Both the position numbers and the translations under genes were made by a program. From assembly GCA_003132405.1 (NCBI GenBank), contig PKXQ01000066.1, positions 1,612 to 65,611 of the forward strand: a DNA stretch of 64,000 nucleotides, given 5' to 3'. Under the pieces are notes generated by a model. The model worked only from the letters and a program-made list of their open reading frames with translations. It was not told where the DNA came from and did not search any database. The DNA comes from Acidobacteriaceae bacterium (lineage in GTDB: Bacteria > Acidobacteriota > Terriglobia > Terriglobales > Acidobacteriaceae). Shown one piece after another: positions 28,430 to 37,698 of the stretch. The number at the start of each line of letters is the position of its first letter. Position 1 is the stretch's first letter.

Positions 28430-28981
28430 ATGTCTGTTTCCGCGATTCTCACCAGTGCTTACAATCAACCGCAGATCGGTTCCAGCAATAATCCTTACCA
28501 GCAGAGCATCAGCCAGTTGGGGAAGGATTTGCAGTCGGGAAATCTATCGGCGGCGCAATCGGAATTTGCCAGCTTGCAGGCAGCGTTCTCTCAATCGTCC
28601 ACCACCACGGCTTCGACTACTAACCCCGCGACTGGGTCCCCAGCCAGCCCTATCGCACAGGCTTTCAACCAGCTCAGCAGCGACTTGCAGTCGGGCAATC
28701 TGTCGGCTGCCCAAAAAGATTTTTCTACGGTTCAACAGGATTTGCAGAGTCGGGGAAGAGCGATACCGTTCAACTCGCACTACATTGGCGGGGGCAGCAA
28801 CTCGGGCAGCCAGAATTCGCTGTTGCAGGACCTGAATCAGATTGGGCAGAGCCTGTCGTCGACGAGCCTTGCCGGAGCGCAGCAGGCCTACGCCAGCTTG
28901 CAGCAGCAACTGCAGGAGTTCGAGTTGGGTGGCGGAGCCACTGAGGCGCTCAATAACCTGCCGCTGTCGTTGGCTGCGTAG
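28430..28981 (+). CDS. hypothetical Gln/Ser-rich protein with three internal repeats
   Basis: 183 aa with three copies of the motif L(G/S)xDLQSGNLSAAQxxFxxxQ (the third is degenerate: SLSSTSLAGAQQAYASLQ). GTGAGG lies upstream of the ATG. No signal peptide. Confidence 0.55.
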   Translation: MSVSAILTSAYNQPQIGSSNNPYQQSISQLGKDLQSGNLSAAQSEFASLQAAFSQSSTTTASTTNPATGSPASPIAQAFNQLSSDLQSGNLSAAQKDFSTVQQDLQSRGRAIPFNSHYIGGGSNSGSQNSLLQDLNQIGQSLSSTSLAGAQQAYASLQQQLQEFELGGGATEALNNLPLSLAA

Positions 28982-29020
28982 GTGGGTTTACGGGACGCGA
29001 AAGGTCTGGCGTTTTGGAAG

Positions 29021-29045
29021 GGCACGAGAGGATTCGTGCCTTTAG
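29021..29045 (+). terminator. possible intrinsic terminator
   Basis: GGCACGA-GAGGA-TTCGTGCC followed by TTTAGTT, 40 nt after the stop at 28981. The T-tract is short. Confidence 0.35.
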
Positions 29046-29127
29046 TTATCGAGGTCTTGAAGAACACTTGGAGCTATTGGCATTCTGGTTTTATCGTCGC
29101 GCCAGGGAAAGTTTGGGTGCTGTAGGG

Positions 29128-29190
29128 GTGCTTCGACTGCGGTTGAGCTTCGCATTCGCGAAGCTCAAGCTCCGCTCAGCATGACAAGTT
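29128..29190. repeat. degenerate hairpin repeat ending CCGCTCAGCATGACAAG
   Basis: GAGCTTCGCATTCGCGAAGCTC hairpin plus a CTCAGCATGACA tail resembling the CTCAGGATGACA family. Confidence 0.5.
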
Positions 29191-29222
29191 TGCGGGGATG
29201 TCAACAGAGAGCCAGATGGCTT

Positions 29223-29810
29223 CTAGCCGCCCTGTTTCAGTTCGGTTAGGACCTGGCGTGCGATTTCTTTCAGGGTTTCGAACACGCCTACGCCCTGGAA
29301 GGCGACCGCCTCGACTACGGGCTCATTCTTCTTGCGCAAGTCTTTGGAGAGGGCGTCGATGGGCAGAACGTTCGGAAGGTCGCGCTTGTTTAACTGCAGC
29401 ACGTAGGGAATTTTATTGAAGTCGTAGCCGTGTTCTTTGAGATTGTCCATCAGGTTGTCGAGGGCCTCGACGTTGGCGTCCATGCGCTCCTGCTGGGAAT
29501 CGGCTACGAAGACGATGCCGTCGACGCCGCGTAGAATGAGCTTGCGGCTGGCATCGTAAAAGACCTGCCCGGGAACGGTGTAAAGGTGAATGCGGGTCTT
29601 GAAGCCGCGCACAGAGCCGAGATCGAGCGGGAGAAAGTCGAAGAAGAGGGTTCGATCGGTCTCGGTGGCGAGCGAGATCATCTTGCCCTTTTGCTGTTCG
29701 GCTGTTTTCTGGAAGATGAACTGGAGATTCGTCGTCTTGCCGCCTAATCCGGCACCGTAGTAGACGATCTTGCAGTTGATCTCGCGCGCTGCGAAGTTGA
29801 TGAAACTCAA
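29223..29810 (-). CDS. mglA: Ras-like small GTPase MglA (gliding-motility/polarity GTPase family)
   Basis: 195 aa. It is nearly collinear with Myxococcus MglA as I remember it: [53 protein letters not shown] (Thr in place of the G3 Asp) and NKRDL. Confidence 0.9.
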   Translation of the reverse strand: MSFINFAAREINCKIVYYGAGLGGKTTNLQFIFQKTAEQQKGKMISLATETDRTLFFDFLPLDLGSVRGFKTRIHLYTVPGQVFYDASRKLILRGVDGIVFVADSQQERMDANVEALDNLMDNLKEHGYDFNKIPYVLQLNKRDLPNVLPIDALSKDLRKKNEPVVEAVAFQGVGVFETLKEIARQVLTELKQGG

Positions 29811-30040
29811 AAGGCTTCCTCAGGAAAACGGGCGAACAGAAACGCCGCGAAAAAGATGCTCGCGTACTACTCCCTCGATGCGCGAGTGTATCTTAACAAT
29901 CTCGCTACAAATTCGCCTGACTACAGTATCGGTTACTGCTGGTTTTTATACCACACCGGAAGGCTTGGGTGCAGGTTACCCATGTTACCAATGGCAGTCG
30001 CCGATCTTGCGAGCCGCCCTACCTCACAGCCGCACTGCGT

Positions 30041-31366
30041 TTATTGAGGCGTTGGCAGCGGATAATATCCGGCTTTTGCATAGACTTTTACGTTGGGAAG
30101 CTTTACGCGGACCTCGATCTCGCGGTAGCCTCCGATGCCGGCCCTCGGCGAATAACCGAGCGTGTAGCGGTTGCGGGCGCTGCCGATGGCCTCGTTGTAG
30201 GCCCGCTCGATCGAAGCCTGTGTCATTTCGCCGAGCACGGTACCGCCGCCGGTCGCAGTGACATATTTGGGGAGAATGTCGCTATAGCCGAGCAGTTTGG
30301 TGGTTTTCGGCAGGTGAATGCGTTGCAGGCGGTCGTAGATGGGGATGGCGGCGCCTTCGACTCCGAGTGCATAAACGGTGATGTTCTGAGTCTGCAATAC
30401 TTTCAGCGTGTCTTTGTAGCTGGCGGTGGAATTGAGTTCGCGTCCGTCGCTGATGATGAAAATAATTCTCCGCCGCGTCGGGTCGCGCTTGGAAAGATCG
30501 CGCGCGGCCCGCAGGATGGCGTCATTCAAGACATGCGCTTCTCGCGGGGGAGTGTAAACTGGAGGCGCCGGAACATCAACCTGATTCCCGTTGATGATTG
30601 GGCCGCCAGGACCTAGCGGACCACTGACGACCGGAGGTCCGTTGTTCTCTCCCTTGAAGCTTTTGACTTCGTTCAGGGCTGCAGTCAGCGGCTGGCCGGC
30701 GGTGGTGAAATCTTCGATTTGGCTGACGGTGCTGCTGTAACTGTAGATGGCGACTTCATCGAATTGACTGAAGGCCCCCTGCAGCGCGGACAGAGTGTCC
30801 TGCACCTTCTTCAGTCCGACATCGGGCATGCCGGTATCGAAAATCACGGCCGCCGAGAGCGCATACGGATCACTGGTGAAAAACTTCAAAGTCTGCCGCT
30901 TGCCACCTTCGAGGACATAAAAGTCGTCGGGTCGCAGGCCGCCGATCATGCGCCCGTCGCGGTCGGTTACGGTGACGGGAACCAGCACAAGGGTCGAGTA
31001 ACCCTTGATGGTGTAGATCGTCTCCCCCGTGTCCGCATCCTTCGGAACGCTGCCGGCAGGCACGGTTTTGATCGGAGGCATGGGCGGCGGAGGCGGAACG
31101 CTTGAGTCCGAGTCGCTGCGTGGGATGTCGCTGGAGTTGCTGTTGACGCTGGAACTCTCGCCGGTAGAGGCATCGGGTTGCGAGCCGTTATCGGCTCCGG
31201 GACGCGGGCTCGGCGGGGGTAGGGGGCGCGTGGCTGAGGGCGCGTCCGGGATACTATTATCGGGGTTTTGTTGAGCCGTTAAAGAGCCTGCCAGCAGCAA
31301 GATCAGAAATAATATTAGTGCTGCGCTAATTTTCGTGGTCATCCCGGAAACCTCTGTCTTGATCAT
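30041..31366 (-). CDS. VWA-domain protein, acidobacterial VWFA-related type (paralog 1)
   Basis: 441 aa. Signal peptide, then a Pro/Ser-rich linker, then VPVTVTDRDGRMIGGLRPDDFYVLEGGKRQT, then a VWA region. C-terminus YREIEVRVKLPNVKVYAKAGYY. Confidence 0.8.
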   Translation of the reverse strand: MIKTEVSGMTTKISAALILFLILLLAGSLTAQQNPDNSIPDAPSATRPLPPPSPRPGADNGSQPDASTGESSSVNSNSSDIPRSDSDSSVPPPPPMPPIKTVPAGSVPKDADTGETIYTIKGYSTLVLVPVTVTDRDGRMIGGLRPDDFYVLEGGKRQTLKFFTSDPYALSAAVIFDTGMPDVGLKKVQDTLSALQGAFSQFDEVAIYSYSSTVSQIEDFTTAGQPLTAALNEVKSFKGENNGPPVVSGPLGPGGPIINGNQVDVPAPPVYTPPREAHVLNDAILRAARDLSKRDPTRRRIIFIISDGRELNSTASYKDTLKVLQTQNITVYALGVEGAAIPIYDRLQRIHLPKTTKLLGYSDILPKYVTATGGGTVLGEMTQASIERAYNEAIGSARNRYTLGYSPRAGIGGYREIEVRVKLPNVKVYAKAGYYPLPTPQ

Positions 31367-31538
31367 CTTTCCTTTTTTCGTCTTCTGCTATTTTAGCGCG
31401 GAACTTCGAGCCGTCTGCGGCTCCAGGGCTCCAGCCGTTTTTTCAGTAATTGAGATGCGTAAGCGCATCCCTCCGGTGCATCTAACCGTTACAGGCTGTT
31501 ACAGGATAGACTAGCAAAATCTAGGGATAAAGACTCTG

Positions 31539-32684
31539 ATGGCAAAAGTACATTGTAAACGGTCGTTATGCACGAGCCTATTCGCTCATGCCCTGGTCAT
31601 TCTTATCACGTTGGCCGCGATGACAGGTCTGGTAACCGCGCTGTCGCTTGCGGTGAGCGCACAGGAAGCCCCGCCTCCCAGTTCATCGACGGGCCCCACG
31701 TACAATACGAATTCCCCTCCCAGTTCCAATTCCAATGACCAATCCCAAGATCAGTCGCAGGATCAGTCGGCCGCGACGGTGAAGGTGAATGTCGAGGTCG
31801 TGCAGCTGTTTTTCAATGTGAAAGACAAGCACGGCGCGCTGATCCCCCACCTCAATAAGGAAAACTTCGACATATTTGAAGATGGGAAGCAGCAGACGAT
31901 CAAGTATTTCAAAGCGGAATCGGATCTGCCGTTGACGCTCGGCATTCTGATCGATTCGAGCGGCAGCCAGACGCGCGTGCTGGACATGGAAAAAGAAGTG
32001 GGCGGCTCGTTCCTGGAGAGCATATTGCGGCCGAAGGATGAGGCATTCGTCATCAGCTTCGATGTGGACATTACACTGTTGCAGGATTTTACGACGTCGG
32101 TGAGCCGGCTGAGACATGCTCTGAATGAGGCCAGGATCAATACGGGCGGCGTGAGCTGTTCGGGTGGGCCGATTGGGCCGCAGGGGCCGATTCCATGTTC
32201 ATCCACCGGCCCGCGCGGGACGGCGCTTTATGACGCGGTCTATCTTGCATCGCACGACGAATTCAGCCATGAAGTGGGGCGGAAGGCGATGATCCTGCTG
32301 ACCGATGGAGAAGACGAAGGCAGCCGGCTGAAGATTAGAGACGCGGTTGAAGCGGCACAGAAGGCGGACGCGATCTGCTACGTGCTGCTGATCGCGGACC
32401 GTGGCTTTTATGGCTTCGGCGGGTATCACGGCGACTCCGAGATGAAAAAGTTGACGCAGGAAACCGGCGGACGGGTCATCGAAGTGGGCAACAAAATCGA
32501 CAAACTGCGGCAGGCGTTTGACCAGATTGCGCAGGAACTGCGCAGCCAATACAACATTGGCTATACGCCGACCAATGCGGCGCGGGACGGCTCGTTCCGC
32601 AAGGTTGAGATCAAGCCCAAGGATGGGGACTATAAGGTGCAGGCGCGCAGCGGCTATTACGCGGTGGCTCGGCAGGAAGACTGA
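31539..32684 (+). CDS. VWA-domain protein, acidobacterial VWFA-related type (paralog 2)
   Basis: 381 aa. LFFNVKDKHGALIPHLNKENFDIFEDGKQQT, MIDAS-like ILIDSSGSQ, C-terminus FRKVEIKPKDGDYKVQARSGYY. Confidence 0.8.
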   Translation: MAKVHCKRSLCTSLFAHALVILITLAAMTGLVTALSLAVSAQEAPPPSSSTGPTYNTNSPPSSNSNDQSQDQSQDQSAATVKVNVEVVQLFFNVKDKHGALIPHLNKENFDIFEDGKQQTIKYFKAESDLPLTLGILIDSSGSQTRVLDMEKEVGGSFLESILRPKDEAFVISFDVDITLLQDFTTSVSRLRHALNEARINTGGVSCSGGPIGPQGPIPCSSTGPRGTALYDAVYLASHDEFSHEVGRKAMILLTDGEDEGSRLKIRDAVEAAQKADAICYVLLIADRGFYGFGGYHGDSEMKKLTQETGGRVIEVGNKIDKLRQAFDQIAQELRSQYNIGYTPTNAARDGSFRKVEIKPKDGDYKVQARSGYYAVARQED

Positions 32685-32715
32685 AAGCGGCGGGAACGGC
32701 GATTCATCTCGACGC

Positions 32716-33177
32716 TTAGCGTGCCTGGGAGAAATCCTCGACTGCGAATAACTCGCCGCCGTGATCGGCGACGCCGATTCCGATCGAATCCATATTGCGA
32801 TCGAGAACATTTGCGCGGTGGGCGGGGGACTTCATGAACTGCGAGTGGATGAATCGCGGTGTCGGCCCCTCGCATACATTCTCCGAGAGCCAGCTGAAGT
32901 GGGCGCCCGCCTGCTTGACGCGGGCGGAAAGGCTCGGCTCATTCTCAAAGCCATGCTGAGCCGTCCGTCGCTCCGCCATGATCGCTGCGTGACGGCGCGC
33001 GGCTGCGGCCAGCGATTCGTCCCAACGCAGCGGAGCCAATCCCTGCGCCCGCCGTGCCTGGTTGACGGACGCGAAAAGTTCTCGTTCCGCGCGAGTTACA
33101 GACGTCTGGCTGTGAGCCGACCAACAAAGCATCATGGCCGCCATTGCCCCTGCCGCCAGCCGAGTTCTGAATTGCAT
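32716..33177 (-). CDS. CAP/SCP/PR-1-like secreted protein
   Basis: 153 aa with a signal peptide. LAAAARRHAAIM and SPAHRANVLDRNMDSIGIGV are typical of bacterial CAP domains. Confidence 0.7.
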   Translation of the reverse strand: MQFRTRLAAGAMAAMMLCWSAHSQTSVTRAERELFASVNQARRAQGLAPLRWDESLAAAARRHAAIMAERRTAQHGFENEPSLSARVKQAGAHFSWLSENVCEGPTPRFIHSQFMKSPAHRANVLDRNMDSIGIGVADHGGELFAVEDFSQAR

Positions 33178-33269
33178 GGTTAGTCTCCGCTACATCGGCA
33201 AATTACTAACGATGCAGAGTTGCTAGAAGCCGTCTCACAATGAACCTGGGAAGAAGACTAGCGTCTCCC

Positions 33270-33485
33270 GCAGGGGCTAAAGCCCACGTCCCTATTGGCG
33301 TTTGCGGCACGGCTGAAGAGGTTGCGGGAAAAGTGTTTGTCTCGCCGCAGCATGACCTCAGCGGCTGAAGCCGGCACTGAAGACAAACCGTTTATCGCAG
33401 CGGTAAACCGCTGCGCCACCCAAAGGCAAAGGAAAATCCGACTTTTTTTCCGCAAGCTGTTAAGCCGTGCCCTACCCAAAACCGA
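33270..33485. repeat. ~200-nt composite intergenic element
   Basis: Contains GCGGCACGGCTGAAG, then AGGTTGCGGGAAAAGTGTTTGTCTCGCCGCAGCATGACCTCAGCGGCTGAAGCCGGCA, then ATCGCAGCGGTAAACCGCTGCGCCACCCAAAGGCAAAGG. It is collinear with 25631-25770. Confidence 0.85.
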
Positions 33486-33571
33486 TTTATCAGATGGCTT
33501 CAGCCTCGACGTTGTTTGTTGAAACCCGGCTTGCTGCCTCAAGTTGCGGGCAATTCCAGGCGGTGCGCGAT

Positions 33572-33994
33572 TTATTGTTTTTGCCGGTTCTTGACTGGGA
33601 TCACGAACTTTAATCCCGACCACACTTCGTCGACGGCGCAGACTTTTATATCGACCAGGCCGGCAGCGAGGCCGCTTTCGCGGACAGTATCGCCTGTGAG
33701 GTCGGTGACAACGCCGGAAGTTTTCTTGGGCCAGGAGATCCACAGCATGCCGGCGGGCGCGGGCGCCTTTGCGGCCGGTACTAAGTCGAGTTCCAGTGCG
33801 GCGCGCGATTTAACGAAGAGGAAGATGAAATCGAGATCTCGTTTGGCGTGAGCGACGGTGTTTTGAATCTGGCATTTTGAAAGCGCTTCGCGAAGTTCGG
33901 ATTTCACTTCGTCCGGGACATGCAAGAGCGCGGCGCGGAAGTTATTTTTGATGCCCAACTTCTTGGCCAGCGGAGTTCCGGAATATCCAGGCAT
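33572..33994 (-). CDS. DUF3052-like hypothetical protein
   Basis: I prefer the ATG at 33994 (MPGYSGTPLAKKLGIKNN...). The longer track ORF (to 34162) runs through the repeat at 34050-34125. Confidence 0.6.
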   Translation of the reverse strand: MPGYSGTPLAKKLGIKNNFRAALLHVPDEVKSELREALSKCQIQNTVAHAKRDLDFIFLFVKSRAALELDLVPAAKAPAPAGMLWISWPKKTSGVVTDLTGDTVRESGLAAGLVDIKVCAVDEVWSGLKFVIPVKNRQKQ

Positions 33995-34049
33995 AGGGAT
34001 TAGGCGTGGAACACGCCGGCAATCCTGAAGAGATCGAGCAATTATTTCA

Positions 34050-34125
34050 CAGCCGCGAAAGCCCGCTTCCAGATGAGCTGATGATCGCAGCGGTGAACCG
34101 CTGCGCCACCCAAAAACGAGCAAAG
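34050..34125. repeat. intergenic hairpin repeat (ATCGCAGCGGTGAACCGCTGCGCCACCCAAAA unit)
   Basis: The core is identical to 6987-7018. Confidence 0.8.
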
Positions 34126-34186
34126 AAAATGTTCCGGCAACGTTCCAAGGGACGCTTTTCACAACGACACCGAGAAAAATTCCGCC

Positions 34187-35257
34187 TTACTGCTTGGGGG
34201 AGTAGTAGCCCTTTTTGGCGCGCACTTTCAGATTTCTATCCTGCGCGAGAATTTCGATGGTGCGGTAGCGGCCATCGGGAGTGAAGTTTGCGGGCTTGTA
34301 GGCCAACGCGTACTGACTGCGCAGCTCTTCCTGAATGGAGAGAAATGAATCGGACACGTCGCGCATCTGGAAGGGGAAAAATGCGCGGCCGCCCGTCGCT
34401 TCCGCGATACGCTCGAGGGTCTTGTCACCTTTGCCCTTCATGCCGCTGATGTTGGTGCTGATGGTGTAAACGATAGTGTCGGCGCGCAGCGCCATCTCGA
34501 TGGATTCTTCGCGGGTGACGTGGCTGAGATTATCTTCGCCGTCGCTCAGCAGGATGATGGCGCGGCGCACTGGTTTGCTCTGTTCATGTTTTAAGAGCTT
34601 GTCGCGGCAGGCGAAGTAGAGCGCGTCATACATAGCGGTGCCGCCGCCGGCGCGCAACATGCGGACGCCGTTCGAGAGACTCTCCGTGCTGTCGGTGAAA
34701 TCCTGAGTGACCTCGGGCGTGGCGTCGAAGCCGACGACGAAGGCTTCGTCGTAGCGGGGGCGAATAATCGAGTTAAGAAACTCGATGGCCGCTTCCTGCT
34801 CGAACTTGAAGCGGTCGCGCACGGAGTTGCTGGCGTCGACCAGCAATCCGACCTGGAGCGGCAGATCGGTTTCATTGTAGAAACTGTGCAACTCGGTGGG
34901 AAGTTGATCGTCGATTACTCTGAAGTCGTTACTTTTCAGATCTTTGATGTAGCGGCCGTGGCGATCGGTGACGGTGAAGACGACGTGGACTTCGTTGACC
35001 GTTTTTCTGAGTGTGGTGACGGCCTCGTCGGACTCGGAATTATCGGGCGGCGCGGGAGTCTGGGCGGCAGCGGGCGGAGGTGTCGATGCCGGCGTTCCGC
35101 TGGCAGAAGGCGTTTGGGCGCTACTGGCGGGCTGCGCGTTTGTTTTTTCGGAGGGAGCCTGCGCCACCGACGGCGTGGAAGCAGGAGGCGCTGTCTGGCC
35201 GACGAGATAAGCGGACAGCGCGAGAAGAACTAGAAACAGGAAAATGCGCGATTTCAT
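34187..35257 (-). CDS. VWA-domain protein, acidobacterial VWFA-related type (paralog 3)
   Basis: 356 aa. Signal peptide, then an Ala/Pro/Ser linker, then VVFTVTDRHGRYIKDLKSNDFRVIDD, then LLVDASNSV. C-terminus YRTIEILAQDRNLKVRAKKGYY. Confidence 0.8.
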   Translation of the reverse strand: MKSRIFLFLVLLALSAYLVGQTAPPASTPSVAQAPSEKTNAQPASSAQTPSASGTPASTPPPAAAQTPAPPDNSESDEAVTTLRKTVNEVHVVFTVTDRHGRYIKDLKSNDFRVIDDQLPTELHSFYNETDLPLQVGLLVDASNSVRDRFKFEQEAAIEFLNSIIRPRYDEAFVVGFDATPEVTQDFTDSTESLSNGVRMLRAGGGTAMYDALYFACRDKLLKHEQSKPVRRAIILLSDGEDNLSHVTREESIEMALRADTIVYTISTNISGMKGKGDKTLERIAEATGGRAFFPFQMRDVSDSFLSIQEELRSQYALAYKPANFTPDGRYRTIEILAQDRNLKVRAKKGYYSPKQ

Positions 35258-35360
35258 CGGGACTAAAGGTTCTGATCGATTTACTTCATTATAGCCTGTG
35301 GCCCGACCCCCGGAAGTTTTGCTGCTCTTACTTCCGCAATCTCACCTGTGGCTTCTGGCC

Positions 35361-36392
35361 TCATCCAGCCTTAACAGGCTGTTTTTCCAGACTGTCGAGG
35401 AGCGCCGTGAGTTCTTCAGGTAGGGGGCGCGAGAACTTTAGGGTTTTCTTGGTGCGCGGGTGGGTCAATTCGAGCATTGCGGAGTGCAGAAAATTGCGGC
35501 CGAGCGCGAGGATCGCGGGCATGCCTGCTGCCCGGCGTTTGTTCGACTGGGAGCGCAATTCTCCGGGTGCGCCGTAGAGCGAGTCGCCGACTACGGGATG
35601 TCCGAGGGACGACATGTGCACGCGAATCTGGTGCGTGCGTCCGGTCTCGATTTTGAGCTCGACGAGGGCAAACTTGCCGTAGGGAGAGTCGATCTTTCTT
35701 TGCACCGTGTAATGGGTTACGGCCTCGCGGCCTCCAAAGCCTCGCGTCGTCATGCGCGTGCGTTTTTGCGAGTGACGGCTGATCGGGCTCTGAATCGTGC
35801 CGCGGTCTTGCTTGGGCAGGCCGTGGACTAACGCAATGTAGGTCTTGTGCACCCCTCGGCTGCTGAATTGCTTGGCCAGGCGACGGTGCGAATCATCATT
35901 TTTCGCGACCACCATCAGGCCGCTGGTCGCGCGATCCAGACGATGCACGATGCCCGGACGCAGGTCGCCGCCAACCGCGGAGAGCTTGGCGAAATGATGG
36001 AGCAGGGCATTGACCAGCGTTCCACGATTGCGCGCATCGTCGGTCGCTCCGGCGCCGGCGTGCACCATCATGCCGGCCGGCTTGTTTACGATAGCCAGAT
36101 CGTCATCTTCATAGACGATGTCGAGCGCGATTTCTTCAGCCATGGCACGAAGAGGCGGGGCGTGGGGCGGTTTGGTGATCGTGATCCGGTCTTCGCCGGT
36201 ACCTCTCAGCCGCAGCGAGGATTTTGCCGCGGCATCGTTCACCAGTACTTCACCTTTGGCGATGATTTGCTGGACACGGGCGCGGCTGACCTCGGATCCA
36301 TTGAGTTCGGAAAGCTGCGTCGCCAGATATTGATCCAGGCGCTGGCCTGCGCCATCGGAAGAGACGACGAGAGTCATGGGGTATTCGGGCAT
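35361..36392 (-). CDS. rluD: RluA-family 23S rRNA pseudouridine synthase (RluD-like)
   Basis: 343 aa. S4-like N-terminus (RLDQYLA) and catalytic HRLDRATSGLMVVAK. Confidence 0.85.
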   Translation of the reverse strand: MPEYPMTLVVSSDGAGQRLDQYLATQLSELNGSEVSRARVQQIIAKGEVLVNDAAAKSSLRLRGTGEDRITITKPPHAPPLRAMAEEIALDIVYEDDDLAIVNKPAGMMVHAGAGATDDARNRGTLVNALLHHFAKLSAVGGDLRPGIVHRLDRATSGLMVVAKNDDSHRRLAKQFSSRGVHKTYIALVHGLPKQDRGTIQSPISRHSQKRTRMTTRGFGGREAVTHYTVQRKIDSPYGKFALVELKIETGRTHQIRVHMSSLGHPVVGDSLYGAPGELRSQSNKRRAAGMPAILALGRNFLHSAMLELTHPRTKKTLKFSRPLPEELTALLDSLEKQPVKAG

Positions 36393-36417
36393 GGGTGGCG
36401 AATTAAACTTGCTGCGA

Positions 36418-37224
36418 CTAAATGCGGCTCTGGGCCGGGATTTGCTTGGGAACTCCGCTCCGGAACCACCAGATCAAGCCGCCGCTGATGACCAGCAGAA
36501 TTGAAATCAACTGCGTTCCGGTCATGAGGCCGCCGAAGACTTCGCCGCGTCCGGGATCGTCGCGCAGGAACTCGATGAAGTAGCGCTCGATTCCGTAGAG
36601 GATCATGAAGGTGCCCCAGACCTGGCCGTCGAATTTTTTGCGCGGGAGGAGCCAGGTAAGAAACAGAAAGTTGATAAACTCGGCGGCGGCTTCGATGAGT
36701 TGGGTGGGTTCGATTCTTACGCCAAGAGGAGTTCCGCTGACCGAATTTGCTAGAGGATTCGTAAAAACGACGCCCCAGAAATGATTGGTGGGCTTGCCGT
36801 AACAGCATCCCGCGGAGAAACAACCGAAGCGGCCAAGAACGTGGCCAAAGGCTAGGCCGGGTGCAAAACCGTCGGTGGTGCGCAGGACCGGCATGTGATG
36901 GCGGCGCATGTACCAGGCCGCCATGACGAGCGCGGCGATCAGTCCGCCGGAAAATACGCCTCCAGCTTGCAGTGTGTTGAGGCTGAAAATTTCGCGCCAG
37001 TTGTTGGAGTAAGTGCTCCAGTCATTGATGATGTAGAGAATTTTCGCGCCGATGATTCCGGCGAGCACGACGAGAATGCCCAGATTCCATGCATCGTCGC
37101 CATTGATGCCCTGCTTCTCGGAGTTGCGCACGCTGATCCAGAGCCCGATGAGGACGCCAGAGGCGACGAGGAATCCGTAGGTGGGCAGATAGAAGCTGCC
37201 AATGTGAAAAAGTTGCGGGAACAC
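36418..37224 (-). CDS. lgt: prolipoprotein diacylglyceryl transferase
   Basis: 268 aa, polytopic, with the Lgt-type signature GRFGCFSAGCCYGKPT. Confidence 0.85.
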   Translation of the reverse strand: MFPQLFHIGSFYLPTYGFLVASGVLIGLWISVRNSEKQGINGDDAWNLGILVVLAGIIGAKILYIINDWSTYSNNWREIFSLNTLQAGGVFSGGLIAALVMAAWYMRRHHMPVLRTTDGFAPGLAFGHVLGRFGCFSAGCCYGKPTNHFWGVVFTNPLANSVSGTPLGVRIEPTQLIEAAAEFINFLFLTWLLPRKKFDGQVWGTFMILYGIERYFIEFLRDDPGRGEVFGGLMTGTQLISILLVISGGLIWWFRSGVPKQIPAQSRI

Positions 37225-37314
37225 GTTAGTTTAGATGCTCCGTTGTGGGCTGAGTTCTAGAAAAGTTTAGCAGGAATCAGCTCTCAGCTATCGGGTCCCG
37301 GCGGAGCGGCGCAT

Positions 37315-37641
37315 CTACTCGCGTTTGCTTGTCCACCGGAATGCTGTAGCCCCCAGACAACAGCCAGCGATCAGGATCGCGATACCGAGCGCCGTGTTGT
37401 AAGGGATGTCGCCGGAAAATGCAACAAAACCTATGGCTAGCAAAATTCCACTGAGCAACAACCTTACGAGGTGGGCGAAATCCGAGATTGGAGCAGGCGT
37501 GGCCGAGAGTTTTCTTGCAACGATCTGACTACTGCGCAGCCCGTCAGCGAAAGTATAATGGCGCTGCACATCGATAAATTCTTTTTCCCACTCTTCTCGG
37601 GATTGTTCTTGGCCATCCACCATAAGCCACCGAACCAACAA
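37315..37641 (-). CDS. hypothetical small membrane protein
   Basis: 108 aa with two C-terminal hydrophobic segments. I recognise no family. Confidence 0.45.
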   Translation of the reverse strand: MLVRWLMVDGQEQSREEWEKEFIDVQRHYTFADGLRSSQIVARKLSATPAPISDFAHLVRLLLSGILLAIGFVAFSGDIPYNTALGIAILIAGCCLGATAFRWTSKRE

Positions 37642-37698
37642 CGAATTGCCCGCTTTGAAAACTGAGAGCTGAAAGCTGACGGCTGACGGCTAAGAGAC

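Noticed and set aside
29811-30040. Search for an mglB (Roadblock/LC7) gene next to mglA
   Set aside because: The spacer is 230 nt with no ORF of suitable length on the mglA strand. The plus-strand ORFs there (29770-30261, 29856-30047) are Arg/Cys-rich shadows.
1976-34125. Could the recurring hairpin repeats be a CRISPR array?
   Set aside because: The copies are kilobases apart in separate intergenic spacers, in both orientations, and without regularly sized unique spacers or nearby cas genes. They are not CRISPR.
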